The notes: generated by a model from the sequence alone, not told the origin. A DNA stretch of 64,000 nt from an uncultured Hormoscilla sp. (GCA_963921275.4 OZ001293.3:4000001-4064000); one strand, 5' to 3'. Positions 51,754 through 63,314 are shown, counted from the first letter of the stretch. Program-made: numbers and translations.

Positions 51754-53718
51754 ATGAGTTCCTTTCGCATTCAACTTAGTTGGAGGGAGCCGGTCACGGG
51801 AGCGGAGCAGCAACAAGAATCCCAGATTCCAGTGGCCATAGGGCGAGTTCTGACGCAGATGCCACCTAATCTTCGCGGCGAGCAGGTATTTAGACTGGTG
51901 CTCGATCACAATGAGGTTTCTCGCTATCATACCCTGATTGATGTAGAGCAGGGTCAAGCAGTAGTAAGAAATCAAAGTACCACCAACGGCACCTTAGTCA
52001 ATGGCACGCCTCAAACTTGGTGTTTTCTCATGGATGGCGATACCCTGCAAATTGGCCCCTACCAGATTGCAGTTAGATTAGTCCAGCCAACTGGCAGTAA
52101 CTTTCCGCCCCCTGCATTCTTAAATGCGGAGAAGGTTTCAGTTCAAGACCTCTATGCAACGGGAATGTCTGTAAACGAGATTACCTATGCAACGATCGGA
52201 GGTGGGTTAGGTAGCTTTATCTGGGTTGATTTCCTGAGAATTTTTGGGGTTAAGTCCGATCAAATTGCCGCTGTGGGCATAGTTCCGTTGGACAGCAACA
52301 AAAATATCCCGCCCAACGAACAACAAAAGCCCTACTGGCACTACCAGCAGCTATGTCTTTACTCTCAGATCCCCCCCCACGAAAGATTGCGGTCTAATTC
52401 TGATTCCTGTCCCGATAATATTTGGGGCTGGCCCAGCTATGCTCTGCGGGAAGCGTGGCAAGATTTCTTTCGGGGTAAAATAGGCTCTGCCCTGGGATAT
52501 TTGTGGCAGGTATTTGCCGAGCCAGCTTTTGCCGAAACCTATACCCCCAGGGCTGAGAATGTATTCGCCTCAATTGACCGGGAAGCCCAGCGAATTGGCT
52601 GGGGCCAAATATTTCGCTTCGGGCGAGTCCGCGCCATTCGCAAAACTGATGACGGGCGTTACGCAATCGCTTATTCCTGCTCCAGTGGCCATCGTAGAGA
52701 GTATGCCTTTCTAGTGGCCCGCTACCTGCATCTAGCCACTGGCTACCCCAAAATTAAATTGCTAGAGGAGTTGCAGACTTATCGATCGCAATATGAGACT
52801 AAAGAAGGAATAGTTAAATTAGTAGTGAATGCCTATGAAGACCACGATTACGTCTACCAGCATCTAGAAAAGCATGGCGGTACGGTACTGATTCGGGGCC
52901 GGGGAATTGTGGCCTCGCGAATTATTCAACGGATTTATGAAGCCAGACAGAAGAGTGGCAAAGATATTAAAGTGCTGCACTTGATCCGATCGAGAAAAAC
53001 CCAAGGTAACAAATTCGGTTTTTCCCAACGTCAAGTAGAAAATAACTTTGAATTTCAACCGTTTAACTGGCCGAAAGCTGCTTGGGGTGGCGAACAGCGG
53101 GTGACGCTGGAGAAAGCCAGCTCCGAAAAGCGACAGGAATTACTAAGTAAGTGGGGCGGCACTACTACCGCTAGCCGGGATGACTGGCGACAAATTATCA
53201 AGGATGGCCAAGCCGAGCAATGGTATAAACCAGAATATGGTAAGGTGGAACGGGTGGAACGGAACCATAAAAACCGCCTCAATACTCACTACATTTCGAC
53301 AGAAAAGGGTTTTGAGAGCAGAACGAACCTATTAGCTGACTTTATCATTGATGCCACGGGTCTTGATGCCGAGGTAAAGGCAAACGAACTCCTAAACGAT
53401 CTGGTAATTCGCTATAATCTACCTCTTAACTCCTTAAAACGTTTGACTGTTTCCAATGATTTTGAAATCAAGGAAATGCGTAATGAGAAAGACGAACGGG
53501 GTCAGACATATGACAGACAGGGTCGGATGTATGCATGTGGCACTATGACTTTTGGTGGTCCCTATGCTGCTGTTGATAGCTTTCTGGGGTTGCAGTACAC
53601 AGCTTTGCGCTCAGTCGATAACTTGATAAAGGCAAAAGCTCCTGGAATTAATTACTTGAACGGTCTCAGTTCTCTGGGACAATGGTGGAAGTGGGTTACA
53701 AATCAATCTCCTTCGTAA
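51754..53718 (+). CDS. FHA domain fused to an FAD/NAD(P)-binding oxidoreductase-like domain
   Basis: IGR...VSRYH...STNGT-like FHA motifs. IGGGLG, RGRGIVA and DATG dinucleotide-binding motifs. Confidence 0.75.
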   Translation: MSSFRIQLSWREPVTGAEQQQESQIPVAIGRVLTQMPPNLRGEQVFRLVLDHNEVSRYHTLIDVEQGQAVVRNQSTTNGTLVNGTPQTWCFLMDGDTLQIGPYQIAVRLVQPTGSNFPPPAFLNAEKVSVQDLYATGMSVNEITYATIGGGLGSFIWVDFLRIFGVKSDQIAAVGIVPLDSNKNIPPNEQQKPYWHYQQLCLYSQIPPHERLRSNSDSCPDNIWGWPSYALREAWQDFFRGKIGSALGYLWQVFAEPAFAETYTPRAENVFASIDREAQRIGWGQIFRFGRVRAIRKTDDGRYAIAYSCSSGHRREYAFLVARYLHLATGYPKIKLLEELQTYRSQYETKEGIVKLVVNAYEDHDYVYQHLEKHGGTVLIRGRGIVASRIIQRIYEARQKSGKDIKVLHLIRSRKTQGNKFGFSQRQVENNFEFQPFNWPKAAWGGEQRVTLEKASSEKRQELLSKWGGTTTASRDDWRQIIKDGQAEQWYKPEYGKVERVERNHKNRLNTHYISTEKGFESRTNLLADFIIDATGLDAEVKANELLNDLVIRYNLPLNSLKRLTVSNDFEIKEMRNEKDERGQTYDRQGRMYACGTMTFGGPYAAVDSFLGLQYTALRSVDNLIKAKAPGINYLNGLSSLGQWWKWVTNQSPS

Positions 53719-54269
53719 AGTTCAGATGAGATATGTTTTTCTCGTAATCTAAGAAGCAAACCATGAACAAATAATCACTTTCGCGAACCCACAGGGGCGA
53801 TCTCCACCCCCAACAGCAGCACAACCGCACCCAAGCATACCAACAGCGAAGCCTGTCGGTACTTCTCCAAAAACCAAATAACCCAGCCAACTGGCACCAA
53901 CTGGTTAAAATAAAATTGCCAGGGAAACCAAAGTAGCGGGACTTTGAGAAAAAATAGGAGTCAATTGGAATCAAACCCTTTCATAGAGGCACTTTTAGGT
54001 CGATCAGGTCTCGTTCTCCGTCGGCTCAGGGTTTGCTGCCATTTGATACCCTTCGACGTAAAACACTCACCCCGTAAGGGTTTGAGCAGTTTTTTGCCTA
54101 AGAAAATTCTCAAGTCTCGGTAGGTGAGATCCAGCGTACAGCCCTATTGCAGCTCCTGTGCCCCACCACCCAAGAAAGTCGCAAAATGCTCCCGCCATAA
54201 ATGCCCCAGCAGCTCCCCCATAGCCTCAGGCATAGCGAGTTAGCTCAGCATACCGCAAGCTCCTCGGCT

Positions 54270-54441
54270 AGGCAGCTAGATCGAAGAGGCCACAGTAGCC
54301 CAGCTGCCAGCACCAGACCTTACCCCATGAGTCCCACCCCAGCGGCTTCAATAGCCAGATGGCTCAAAATCGGCGCAGTAGAAATAGCAAGTACACCGAG
54401 GCATAAAATCAATCTACCCGTCTGATTTTCCACTTCACCAT
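54270..54441 (-). pseudogene. DMT/EamA transporter N-terminal remnant
   Basis: LILCLGVLAISTAPILSHLAIEAAGVG...LVLAA with an internal stop. Confidence 0.45.
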
Positions 54442-54609
54442 GATTATACTGGGAGTATGGTCCTATGTTAGCATTATATTGCTGACCTGCTGGCCAACGG
54501 CTGACGCCATCATCTCAGATTCCATGAGGTATAGGTCAGATGTGAGCATACCCCTCAGCCGTGAGGCTCAATAGGATCCCAGCTAAAATCTAGATAATGA
54601 GGCGGTACT

Positions 54610-55476
54610 GTGCCCAAAGGTAATCGGTTGCTATCTCTGTTGGTAATAGGTGGATTATTAATTGCTGCCGCACCAGTATATGGACAGGCATTAGTGCCTC
54701 ATACCTTACAGCTGGAAGAAGCTCAATTACAGTTAAAAGGCACGAGGCTAGTACAGCAAGCGGAACAGTTGTTGCAGATCGGGCAATTTCAACTGGCGTT
54801 GCCCAGAATGGTTCTGGCCACGCAGCTGCTGCCTGATATACCGCGATTATGGTTGATTCTGGGTGGGTTGTATTTAGAAGCAAATGAGTTAGATAAGTCA
54901 ATTGCAGCGCTGCAATCAGCCCGGTCCTTGGAACCCAATAACCCGATAATTCTGTTTAGTTTGGGGTCAGCTTACTTCGGTCAAGAAAAGTATGGAGCAG
55001 CAGCCCAATACCTGCAAGCAGGTTTGAGAATACAACCAGATGAAATCATGGCTTTGTTTAACTTGGGTAATACCTACTACAAGTTGAACGACTACGAATC
55101 GGCGATCGCCGAGTATGAAAAAGCAGTAGCCCAAGACCTCAACTTCTGGCAAGCAATTAACAATATAGGGCTGGTAAAATATGAACAGGGAGATACCACT
55201 GGCGCGATCGCCCAGTGGCGAGCGGCTGTAGAAATTGACAGCCAAGCTGCTGAACCGCAGTTGGCACTAGCAGTGGCTCTATATAGCTCCGGGCAGATAG
55301 AACCGGGATTGGCGATGGCCCAAGCAGCTTTGCAGCTAGACCCAAACTACGCCGATCTAGAGTTCCTCAAAGAAAATCTCTGGGGCGCGAAGCTGATAGC
55401 AGAAACTAAAAAACTCCTGGAAACTCACCGCATTCGGGAAACCCTTACCCAAGTCAAAGGAGGAAGTCCAGAATGA
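54610..55476 (+). CDS. Secreted TPR-repeat protein
   Basis: Signal peptide and several TPR repeats (ALFNLGNTYY, AINNIGLV). Confidence 0.88.
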   Translation: MPKGNRLLSLLVIGGLLIAAAPVYGQALVPHTLQLEEAQLQLKGTRLVQQAEQLLQIGQFQLALPRMVLATQLLPDIPRLWLILGGLYLEANELDKSIAALQSARSLEPNNPIILFSLGSAYFGQEKYGAAAQYLQAGLRIQPDEIMALFNLGNTYYKLNDYESAIAEYEKAVAQDLNFWQAINNIGLVKYEQGDTTGAIAQWRAAVEIDSQAAEPQLALAVALYSSGQIEPGLAMAQAALQLDPNYADLEFLKENLWGAKLIAETKKLLETHRIRETLTQVKGGSPE

Positions 55477-55487
55477 AACGGAAAGAA

Positions 55488-56843
55488 TCATTGATTTAGA
55501 TCTGGCCTCCTCCAGCAGTGCAAAAGACTGGGACGCGCTGCTGGTTTAGGGAACATATCTCGGAAAGCTGCTTGACGTTCGGCAGGCTTTTCTGGAGTTA
55601 AATTCCACAGAGTTTCGTAGAAAAAGAACGACACACCAGCAAGTCCCTGACTGCGCATAGCTTGGACTTGCTGCTGAAGAAGTTCAGTCCGAACTGGACG
55701 ATTTTTAAGACCGGTCAAGATGCCAACAGCGACAGGGATGTGGTTAATGGCGATCTGGACTTCTGGACGCTTCAACTCCTGGATAAACCGATCGAGATCG
55801 TTACGGTACACCTGCAAGATCAATTCCTCCACGAAGCCGCGCCTTTCCCAGTTAAACCAGTCCTGCAAATAGTTTCTGTAGGCAAAAGCCTGGGGGTTGG
55901 GAGACAAAGCAACGATCGCATGAGGCTTTTGCCCTTTTACCGCCGCAAAAACCTGTGCCATCACTCCCGTAATTTTATTGGCTCGCCAACGGATCCACTC
56001 AGGGTCAACAGGATTATCAGGAGGACTCTGTCCCTGATGTTCCATCTGGTACAGCTGCACCGTGTAGGGGTCGTAACCCAATTGGACCGGCAACCCAAAG
56101 TGGTCGTCAAGCTGAATCCCATCGATATCGTAGTTGGTAACAATTTCCGTGATTAAATCAACGATGAACTGCTGCACTTCCGGGTGAAAGGGATTTAGCC
56201 ACACCCGGTCATGCTTGCTCTCCTTGACAATTTGACTGCCATCGGACCGTGAAGCGATCCACTCAGGATGGCGATCGGCCAAGTCTGAATCTGCCGGTGC
56301 CATAAAACCAAACTCAAACCAGGGAATAACACTCATCCCCAAGGCATGTCCTTGCTCAACAATTTCTTTGAGCATATCTCGCCCCCTTAAACCTGGTTCG
56401 GGGCCGACCGCACGACCGATCGCATTTTCGGCTACAGAACTGGGGTAGAGAGTATAACCCCAATTCCAAACCGTGGGGTAAACAGTGTTAAAGTTAAGTC
56501 GATCCAGATTTTGTAAAGCATTGGTGACGGTGGCCCGTGAAAAGAGCACATCGCTGTCGATGTTCGTCAACCAGACTCCTCGTAACTCCGTTGCCGGAGT
56601 AGCTGGCGATGTGCGAAGGACAGTGCGATTAGCGCGTCCCGAGTGCATCGGCTGTCCGGGGGTGCTGTGTTCCCCGGTGAGGTGTCTCCTGGGAGCGCTA
56701 CTCGCACTACCCAGGAGACCGCTCGCGCTGTACTCGCACTGGGAACACAGGGCATCAATTAACAGCGAAAGCATCACTAACAAGCTTAACAGAACCACAA
56801 ACCGCAAGGGGCGCTTAGCATACATTTGGGCTAAATACTCCAA
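55488..56843 (-). CDS. Glycoside hydrolase family 10-like protein (DUF187/YddW-like)
   Basis: ELRGVWLT, PWFEFG, WLNPFHPEV and YDIDGIQLDDHF motifs. Confidence 0.88.
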   Translation of the reverse strand: MEYLAQMYAKRPLRFVVLLSLLVMLSLLIDALCSQCEYSASGLLGSASSAPRRHLTGEHSTPGQPMHSGRANRTVLRTSPATPATELRGVWLTNIDSDVLFSRATVTNALQNLDRLNFNTVYPTVWNWGYTLYPSSVAENAIGRAVGPEPGLRGRDMLKEIVEQGHALGMSVIPWFEFGFMAPADSDLADRHPEWIASRSDGSQIVKESKHDRVWLNPFHPEVQQFIVDLITEIVTNYDIDGIQLDDHFGLPVQLGYDPYTVQLYQMEHQGQSPPDNPVDPEWIRWRANKITGVMAQVFAAVKGQKPHAIVALSPNPQAFAYRNYLQDWFNWERRGFVEELILQVYRNDLDRFIQELKRPEVQIAINHIPVAVGILTGLKNRPVRTELLQQQVQAMRSQGLAGVSFFFYETLWNLTPEKPAERQAAFRDMFPKPAARPSLLHCWRRPDLNQ

Positions 56844-56863
56844 AGTCTTTTGATAGACTGATG

Positions 56864-57259
56864 TTAATCTTTGGGCAGCAGTGACAAAATTTTATTCACG
56901 AATTCCCGATGATCCACAACTGGCTTAGAGATGTAGTCATCGGCACCACTTTGCTCGAAAAACTTTTCCCGCTCGCCCACCATGGCGTGAGCTGTCACCA
57001 GGATAATTGGGATGTTTGCCGTTTCTGGATCTGCCTTTAGCATTTGGGTAATCTCGATCCCGTCAACGGATTTGCCCTGGTAAACACTATTAGACAGAGA
57101 AACATCCATCAAAATAATACCGGCTTCACCAGCGGTAACAATTTTCATCACCTCATCAACATTTTCGGTATCCTTCACCTCGAAACTGCCTCGCTTGGTG
57201 AGAATTTTAGTAAAAACCCGGCGATTAATGATATCATCCACAATTAAAACAGTTGTCAT
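56864..57259 (-). CDS. Single-domain response regulator (CheY/DivK-like)
   Basis: VLIVDD, LMD, TAHA and KP motifs. Confidence 0.9.
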   Translation of the reverse strand: MTTVLIVDDIINRRVFTKILTKRGSFEVKDTENVDEVMKIVTAGEAGIILMDVSLSNSVYQGKSVDGIEITQMLKADPETANIPIILVTAHAMVGEREKFFEQSGADDYISKPVVDHREFVNKILSLLPKD

Positions 57260-57715
57260 GGCACTTTCCTTTTGGTTTGATTACACAATGGATGTAAAAT
57301 TATTTCCCTGGGTATGAATGCTACTGTAAAACCAACTCGATTTGGTCTCAAGTCAATTGCAACTGACCAGTGATGACTGCCGACGATGATGATTGCTCTC
57401 GCCAGTGCGCGAACTCTGGGTGCCCCAAGGGAAGAAATAGCACCGGCGATCGCCATCGCTCCCACGGAGTCAGTGGGTTCCGAGCTTTGATGCACTCGGG
57501 GGGCTTGATGCCTCCCGAGTGCGCTACTCGCACAAAAGAGGAGACATCGTACTCGCACTACCCCTCGCGCATCGACATTCGCTCGTCCAGAAAGTTTCTC
57601 CCATCTATAAGGAGCGCCCTCGCTTTGAGCATATAACTGACAACAGAGCGTTATTTTAGATTCAGGGATTAAAGAATTTAAACTCATGGCTAAAGGGATT
57701 AAAGAATTTAAACTC

Positions 57716-60355
57716 ATGGCTAAACAGTTGAACCTTTTCACGACAGGACAGGTAATCGCCACAGATCTGCACACCGAGATGCAGCGGTCATATCTTGAAT
57801 ATGCCATGAGTGTAATCGTTGGACGAGCGCTGCCAGATGTCCGGGATGGGTTGAAACCAGTTCATCGGCGGATTTTGTACGCCATGCACGAACTGGGTTT
57901 GACTCCCGATAAACCTTACCGTAAGTGTGCTCGTGTGGTGGGAGATGTTTTGGGAAAATATCATCCCCACGGGGACCAAGCAGTTTATGACGCCCTGGTG
58001 CGGATGGTGCAGGACTTTTCTTGCCGCTATCCCTTGTTAGCCGGTCACGGGAACTTTGGCTCGGTGGACAATGACCCACCAGCGGCGATGCGCTATACGG
58101 AAACTCGCTTGGCACCGATTAGCCACGAGGCGTTGCTATCAGAAATTAGCTCCGCCACGGTTGACTTTACAGAGAACTTCGATAACTCTCAAGCTGAACC
58201 TGTGGTATTGCCTGCCCAGTTGCCAGTGTTGTTGCTCAATGGCTGTTCTGGGATTGCAGTCGGGATGGCGACTAATGTTCCTCCTCATAACTTAGGGGAG
58301 GTAGTAGATGGTCTGATTGCTCTGATTGACTTTCCAGAAATATCTGATGAGAAGCTTTTTACTATGATTTCTGGACCAGACTTTCCCACAGGCGGTCAGA
58401 TTGTGGGAACGGAAGGGATAAAAAGCGCTTATACCACAGGTAGAGGCAGTATCCTAGTGCGGGGTGTAGCGTCAAACGAGCAGATTCAATCGGGTAGTCG
58501 TGGGCGGAGACGGCGCGATTGCATTTTGGTGACAGAATTGCCCTATCAGGTGAATAAAGCGGCCTGGATTGAGAAAATTGCTGATTTGGTAAATACTGGC
58601 AAGATTGAGGGTATCTCTGACGTGCGGGATGAAAGCGATCGCACGGGCATGCGAGTGGTGATTGAACTGAAACGGGAGGCTAACCCCAAAGCTATCTTGG
58701 AATTGCTCTACAAACTAACGCAGCTACAAAGCACTTTTGGCGCGATCATGCTAGCGTTGGTAGAAGGACAACCCCGCCAGTTGACGCTGCGGCAGATGTT
58801 GCAGGAGTTTTTGGATTTCCGGTTGTTAACTCTCACCCGACAATACACCCACGAACTCCAAGAATCAGAAAAACGACTGCACTTGGTCGAAGGGTTACTG
58901 GGGGCTCTCCGTCAACTAGATGCGGTGCTCAACATTCTTAGAAATGCCCCAGATGGGACCACGGCTAAAGCTATGCTGCACGAACAACTCCAGTTTAGCG
59001 ATTGGCAATCAGATGCTATTTTAGCAATGCCGATGCGACGATTGACTGGTTTGGAGCGGAATAATTTGCAGGCCGAGTTTGCACAACTGAGCGGTCGCAT
59101 ACAGGAGTTACAGAGGTTGCTGGGCTCACGGCACCACCTTCGGAAGTCCCTGAAAAAAGAATTGCGATCGCTCAAACGCAAGTATGGTAACCCGCGTCGG
59201 ACTAAGATTGTCCATCCTCATAAGGCGCAGGACTTAGACCCCAAACAGCCTCAGCCTAAGAATAATTCCCCAACCAAGAATAATTCCCCAACCAAGAATA
59301 ATTCCCCAACCAAGAATAATTCCCCAACCAGGAATAATTCCCCAACCAGGAATAATTCCCCCTCGACAAGAACAACTCAAGAAGAGACCATCGCAAAAAA
59401 AAACCGCATCGAGGATGGTGGAGAAACAATGGTTGAATTTACCTATCGGGGGTCTGTGCGGCGAACTAGGCCTCAGCCCTCTCCAACTCCAGACAATCAA
59501 GGGAATCGCAGCGATTATGACGGTTATGCTCTCAAGCCTATTGATGACTTTACCACAGAAACTCAACTTACTCACACTAAGGCCGATGCCTTGGTATTCA
59601 CGAATGATGGCAAAGCCTATGTGATTAAGGTGGGACATATTCCCCTAGAGTCCCGAGGCACCTCACTGATCGGCTTGCTACCCCAGCATTCTCACCGGCG
59701 GAACACAGAGATTGTCGCCCAGTTTATCCTCTCTGATTATCAGCCTGACCGCCAAATAGTCACGCTTACCAAGACTGGACGCATGAAACGCTTGCCTCTG
59801 TCAGAATTTGCTAACATCAAGAGTCGGGGTCTTAGTACTGTTAAGTTTAAGGACGATGATGACCAGTTGCTGTCTGCTAACCTGACCCAAACCGGCGAAC
59901 AGCTGCTGCTAGCTACTACTGGGGGGCGTATCCTGCGGCTGGAGGTTAACGATCGGCAGCTGCCGATTCTAAGTCGCACGGCTGTTGGCTATCAAGCTTT
60001 ATACCTACAGAAGCAAGATCAACTGGTAGGCTGCGCCGCAGTTCGTATGAAAGATAGTTTCTTGGTAGTTACTCGGCAGGGGTATGCTAAACGCATGTTG
60101 GTTAATCTGCTGCCACCATCTCCTCGGGGTGACATTGGCTCAGAGGCCATACAATTTACCAATACTACAGATTTAGTGGTAGCAATAACGCCGGTACATG
60201 AAGACTCTTTGGCGATCTTGCTTACTAATACCGAGCGACTCTGGCAGATACCCACGGCTTCTATTGGCTTCTGGAATACAGATGGTCCGGGCAATCGCCT
60301 CCTTCAACTTAACCCCGACGAAATTATTACCACTGTCTTATCCCTTCGTCTTTAG
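57716..60355 (+). CDS. gyrA: DNA gyrase/topoisomerase IV subunit A (second cyanobacterial paralog)
   Basis: [23 protein letters not shown] and AAMRYTE motifs with a beta-pinwheel CTD. No canonical QRRGGKG GyrA box seen. Confidence 0.85.
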   Translation: MAKQLNLFTTGQVIATDLHTEMQRSYLEYAMSVIVGRALPDVRDGLKPVHRRILYAMHELGLTPDKPYRKCARVVGDVLGKYHPHGDQAVYDALVRMVQDFSCRYPLLAGHGNFGSVDNDPPAAMRYTETRLAPISHEALLSEISSATVDFTENFDNSQAEPVVLPAQLPVLLLNGCSGIAVGMATNVPPHNLGEVVDGLIALIDFPEISDEKLFTMISGPDFPTGGQIVGTEGIKSAYTTGRGSILVRGVASNEQIQSGSRGRRRRDCILVTELPYQVNKAAWIEKIADLVNTGKIEGISDVRDESDRTGMRVVIELKREANPKAILELLYKLTQLQSTFGAIMLALVEGQPRQLTLRQMLQEFLDFRLLTLTRQYTHELQESEKRLHLVEGLLGALRQLDAVLNILRNAPDGTTAKAMLHEQLQFSDWQSDAILAMPMRRLTGLERNNLQAEFAQLSGRIQELQRLLGSRHHLRKSLKKELRSLKRKYGNPRRTKIVHPHKAQDLDPKQPQPKNNSPTKNNSPTKNNSPTKNNSPTRNNSPTRNNSPSTRTTQEETIAKKNRIEDGGETMVEFTYRGSVRRTRPQPSPTPDNQGNRSDYDGYALKPIDDFTTETQLTHTKADALVFTNDGKAYVIKVGHIPLESRGTSLIGLLPQHSHRRNTEIVAQFILSDYQPDRQIVTLTKTGRMKRLPLSEFANIKSRGLSTVKFKDDDDQLLSANLTQTGEQLLLATTGGRILRLEVNDRQLPILSRTAVGYQALYLQKQDQLVGCAAVRMKDSFLVVTRQGYAKRMLVNLLPPSPRGDIGSEAIQFTNTTDLVVAITPVHEDSLAILLTNTERLWQIPTASIGFWNTDGPGNRLLQLNPDEIITTVLSLRL
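59258..59365 (+). repeat. 18-bp in-frame tandem repeat, (K/R)NNSPT x6, inside gyrA
   Basis: AAGAATAATTCCCCAACC repeated. Confidence 0.92.
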
Positions 60356-60362
60356 TCATTCA

Positions 60363-60602
60363 TAGGACGGGCTCGATGTCTCCTGGTCGCTCGATGTCTC
60401 TCGGGAGCGCTAGTCGCACAAAAGGGGAGACATCGTATAGCACTACCCAGGAGACATCGCTCGCCTGTCCCTGGTCGTAGGACGGGCTCAATGTCTCCTG
60501 GTCGCTCGATGTCTCCCGGGAGCGCTAGTCGCACAAAAGGGGAGACATCGTATCGTACTACCCAGGAGACATCGCTCGCCTGTCCGGGGTCGTAGGACGG
60601 GC
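60363..60602. repeat. Tandem ~115-bp palindromic repeat (GATGTCTCC...GGAGACATC family)
   Basis: TAGGACGGGC occurs at 60363, 60478 and 60593. Confidence 0.8.
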
Positions 60603-60735
60603 AGTCGTAGGTCACAAGTAGTGATTTTAGCGCCTGAAACCCTGAGTGGACCGTAGTCAAATCACTACATCTTGACCACTACCCCTGCTCACTGGCGATC
60701 GCCCTTTCTGATCGTGGGACGATATCTGGATAATA

Positions 60736-62188
60736 GACCTCTTGCATAAGTCGAGAACCTGAGTAAAAATACTCAGGGATTTTTACTCAGGTTAGGCTAT
60801 AATAAGTGGTGAGTAAGCGCAACTGATAAGTATTACTTATCAATGAATAACAGGCCAACCAACCCCTTGAATTTCCAACGATTATTAGACATCTCCAAAA
60901 TAGAAACTTATGCTATAACAAAATTTGACAACTTTAATTTTGGGACTTAAATCCATGAGTTATACCTGGACAGCCAAAAAATCCGTGCATAAGCAAAGCG
61001 GTAGGTATCAGTTATGAAAACCTAATACAACTTATAAGCTTAGCCAAAAAGTTAGATGCCGATTATAAAGAAAAGCTTGAAAAACAGAAAACTAGATTGC
61101 TCCGTGCTGGTGGAGGTGCTAAGCCTAAATTATCAGTGTTAGAAGTATTAGAATCTGGTGATGGATCTGGTAAAATTGAGGGCGTTGCACTTCGGACGAG
61201 ATGATGAGCATCGTTGCAGAAGTTTTAAACCTAGACTACAAGCCACTTTCAGTTATATGCAAAAAATGGCATCATCCCCAAAATGTGCAACGCCGAAATT
61301 AATCAATACCATCGAGAGATCGCAATATTTATAGAAACTCTATCAAACCCCGATGCTGTCGTTTAAGTAACATATGTGAGAATGTGAGGTGGAGGTTTCA
61401 ACCCATATCTGGCAAGGGTTTTATTTTTGGAGATGTCTATTTGGTGTCCTACCTGAAACTTATATAAAAATGGTTTCCGGTTGTCAATTTATCTGAGCAA
61501 CAAAAGAAAAAAATAGCGTCAGCGTAGAGCTGCGAAATTATAACGAAAGATTAAATCTCACGCCCTACTACCAGAACCTGCTTGCCTACGGGGCCATAGC
61601 CTCCTAATTTTGTCCGGAGTATTCTTAAGTAAAGCTGACAAAAAAAGAAATCGAAATTTGTCGTCCGAACGAGTAGTCATTGAACATGTTAATCGAGAAC
61701 TTAAAGTATTTAAAATCTTAGGAGAAACTTATCGTAATCGTCAAAAAAGATTTCAACTCAGATTTAATTTGATTGCTGGATTATATAACTATAATTTGAG
61801 GAGACAGTCAAACCTATAGCGTTCGGAAAATACAGCGACGCGCTCATCCATTTGTTACGTCAGGCCAGGGGGCTTGCCGCTGAAACCCTTACAATCTTCT
61901 GGGTTTGAGAAATTATGGGTTGCACAACTCACTTCTCTAAAGGCCCTATTTTTTATCATTAATGACTTTTTGAGGTAAATTACAAGGCGAGCAACGGTAT
62001 TTTTGGTGAATATGGGTGCGTTCGGTTCCGTAGGTAGCCTATGAAGTTATAAGTAATACTTATAAAACAGGGGATAATTGACCTCCTGTGTCCCTTGACA
62101 CGCATGAGAAGATAGGATCTCATCTGTGTCAAGGGACACAGCAGCCAAATTCATCTATAATCCCCCCCTGGGACTTTTGCAAGAGGTC
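60736..62188 (+). mobile_element. Degenerate IS5/ISL2-type element with nested insertions
   Basis: TIRs GACCTCTTGCA / TGCAAGAGGTC flanked by TAATA on both sides. Transposase fragments RAGGGAKPKLS and RVVIEHVNRELKVFKIL...FNLIAGLYN. Confidence 0.7.
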
Positions 62189-62197
62189 TAATAATTT

Positions 62198-62216
62198 GTT
62201 ACAATTTAGTTACATT
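62198..62216 (+). promoter_or_regulatory. HLR1-like direct repeat (candidate RpaB site) upstream of hli
   Basis: GTTACAAT-TTA-GTTACATT. The spacer is 3 nt rather than the canonical 2. Confidence 0.35.
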
Positions 62217-62256
62217 AGTTAATAGAAAGACAAATTACCACTAGGAGTAACCTCCC

Positions 62257-62391
62257 ATGGAAGATAACCAAAATCCCCCTATCCCTACCCTTGACTCCGC
62301 AGAACGGAATGCTTGGAAGTTTGGCTTTACCCCTCAAGCCGAAATCTGGAACGGCCGCTTTGCCATGATTGGCTTTTTCGTTACCTTCCTG
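62257..62391 (+). pseudogene. hli: High-light-inducible protein (HLIP), 3' end disrupted
   Basis: FGFTPQAEIWNGRFAMIGF motif. The reading frame runs into an antisense group II intron. Confidence 0.85.
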
Positions 62392-63314
62392 GTCGGGGTC
62401 GAGCTGTCCCTCACGGGACAACCCTCCCTTTCGGAACCGGACTTGCGACTTTCACCGCATCCGGCTACTGGTTGATAAGCTGTTGTCATCAGTAGGATTA
62501 CTAGGGGTTACCCCCATTGTCCCTTACCTCTCGCAATTTCACCCCTTATGGTCAATCCTATTGGACCGTTAATGATTTCAGCTCCGGAAGGTTCACGGAG
62601 GGTAGTTCAGAAAACCGTTCTAGCCGCTCTTTACTAACATTTTCCCATTCTTGGTTTATCGGGACTCTGAACTTTACCTGGCTGAAACTCTAGTCCATAT
62701 CCAACTCTTGGATTTCTCCTAAGTTTTGCGACGTATTAGAGCTACTCTCACCAAAGACCTCTTATCATATCCGTCCGACGTCAGCTTATCCACAGGCATT
62801 ACCCCAGGCATTTGCTTCTTAGGACATCCCTCCCCTCGTGGCTTGCGCTTTACATCTAACTGGTTCTGCCCCGTTGAGCCGAACTGCACACAAGAGGTTA
62901 CTTCGTTCCCTGGTATCATTTCACGATGCTTTTAGATCCCTGCTATACCCCGGGAGTTCTTCGGGTGCGATGCTGGCAAGTACAGACTACCAACACTTAC
63001 TACCATTTCCCTTTTGGGCCAGCGTATCAGCCTTATTCCGCTGGTTATAGGTGACGAGACTTTCACAGGTTCGCTTGTTCTAACCATGAGCATCTAACAA
63101 GCGCGGTGTCGCCGGCTTAGGCTGCCAGCTATCCTAGATTTAAGTCCTAGCGGAGCACCACGGCGATGTGACTCCGCAGCACTAAGGACCGGTAGTACCC
63201 TCGACCCCCCACACCTGGGGAGAGGGAATTTAACCCCCATGATAACCAGAGTTTCTGGCAAATGAAACCAGTCAGACTTTCACCGTTACCGGTTTACGCC
63301 TGAACGAATCGCAC
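62392..63314 (-). mobile_element. ORF-less group II intron, copy 2, antisense within hli
   Basis: The minus strand starts GTGCGATTCGTTC. Domain V at 62435-62466. Ends CCCGAC. Homologous to 23134..23967. Confidence 0.9.

Noticed and set aside
57256..57807. 183-aa minus-strand ORF and overlapping short ORFs
   Set aside because: They are made of repeat-element sequence and the antisense of the gyrA start, with no recognisable domain.
60352..60660. 102-aa minus-strand ORF
   Set aside because: It is a translation of the tandem ~115-bp palindromic repeat.
62313..63050. Short ORFs as a possible intron-encoded protein
   Set aside because: They have no RT or maturase motifs (no YADD) and lie across structured ribozyme domains.
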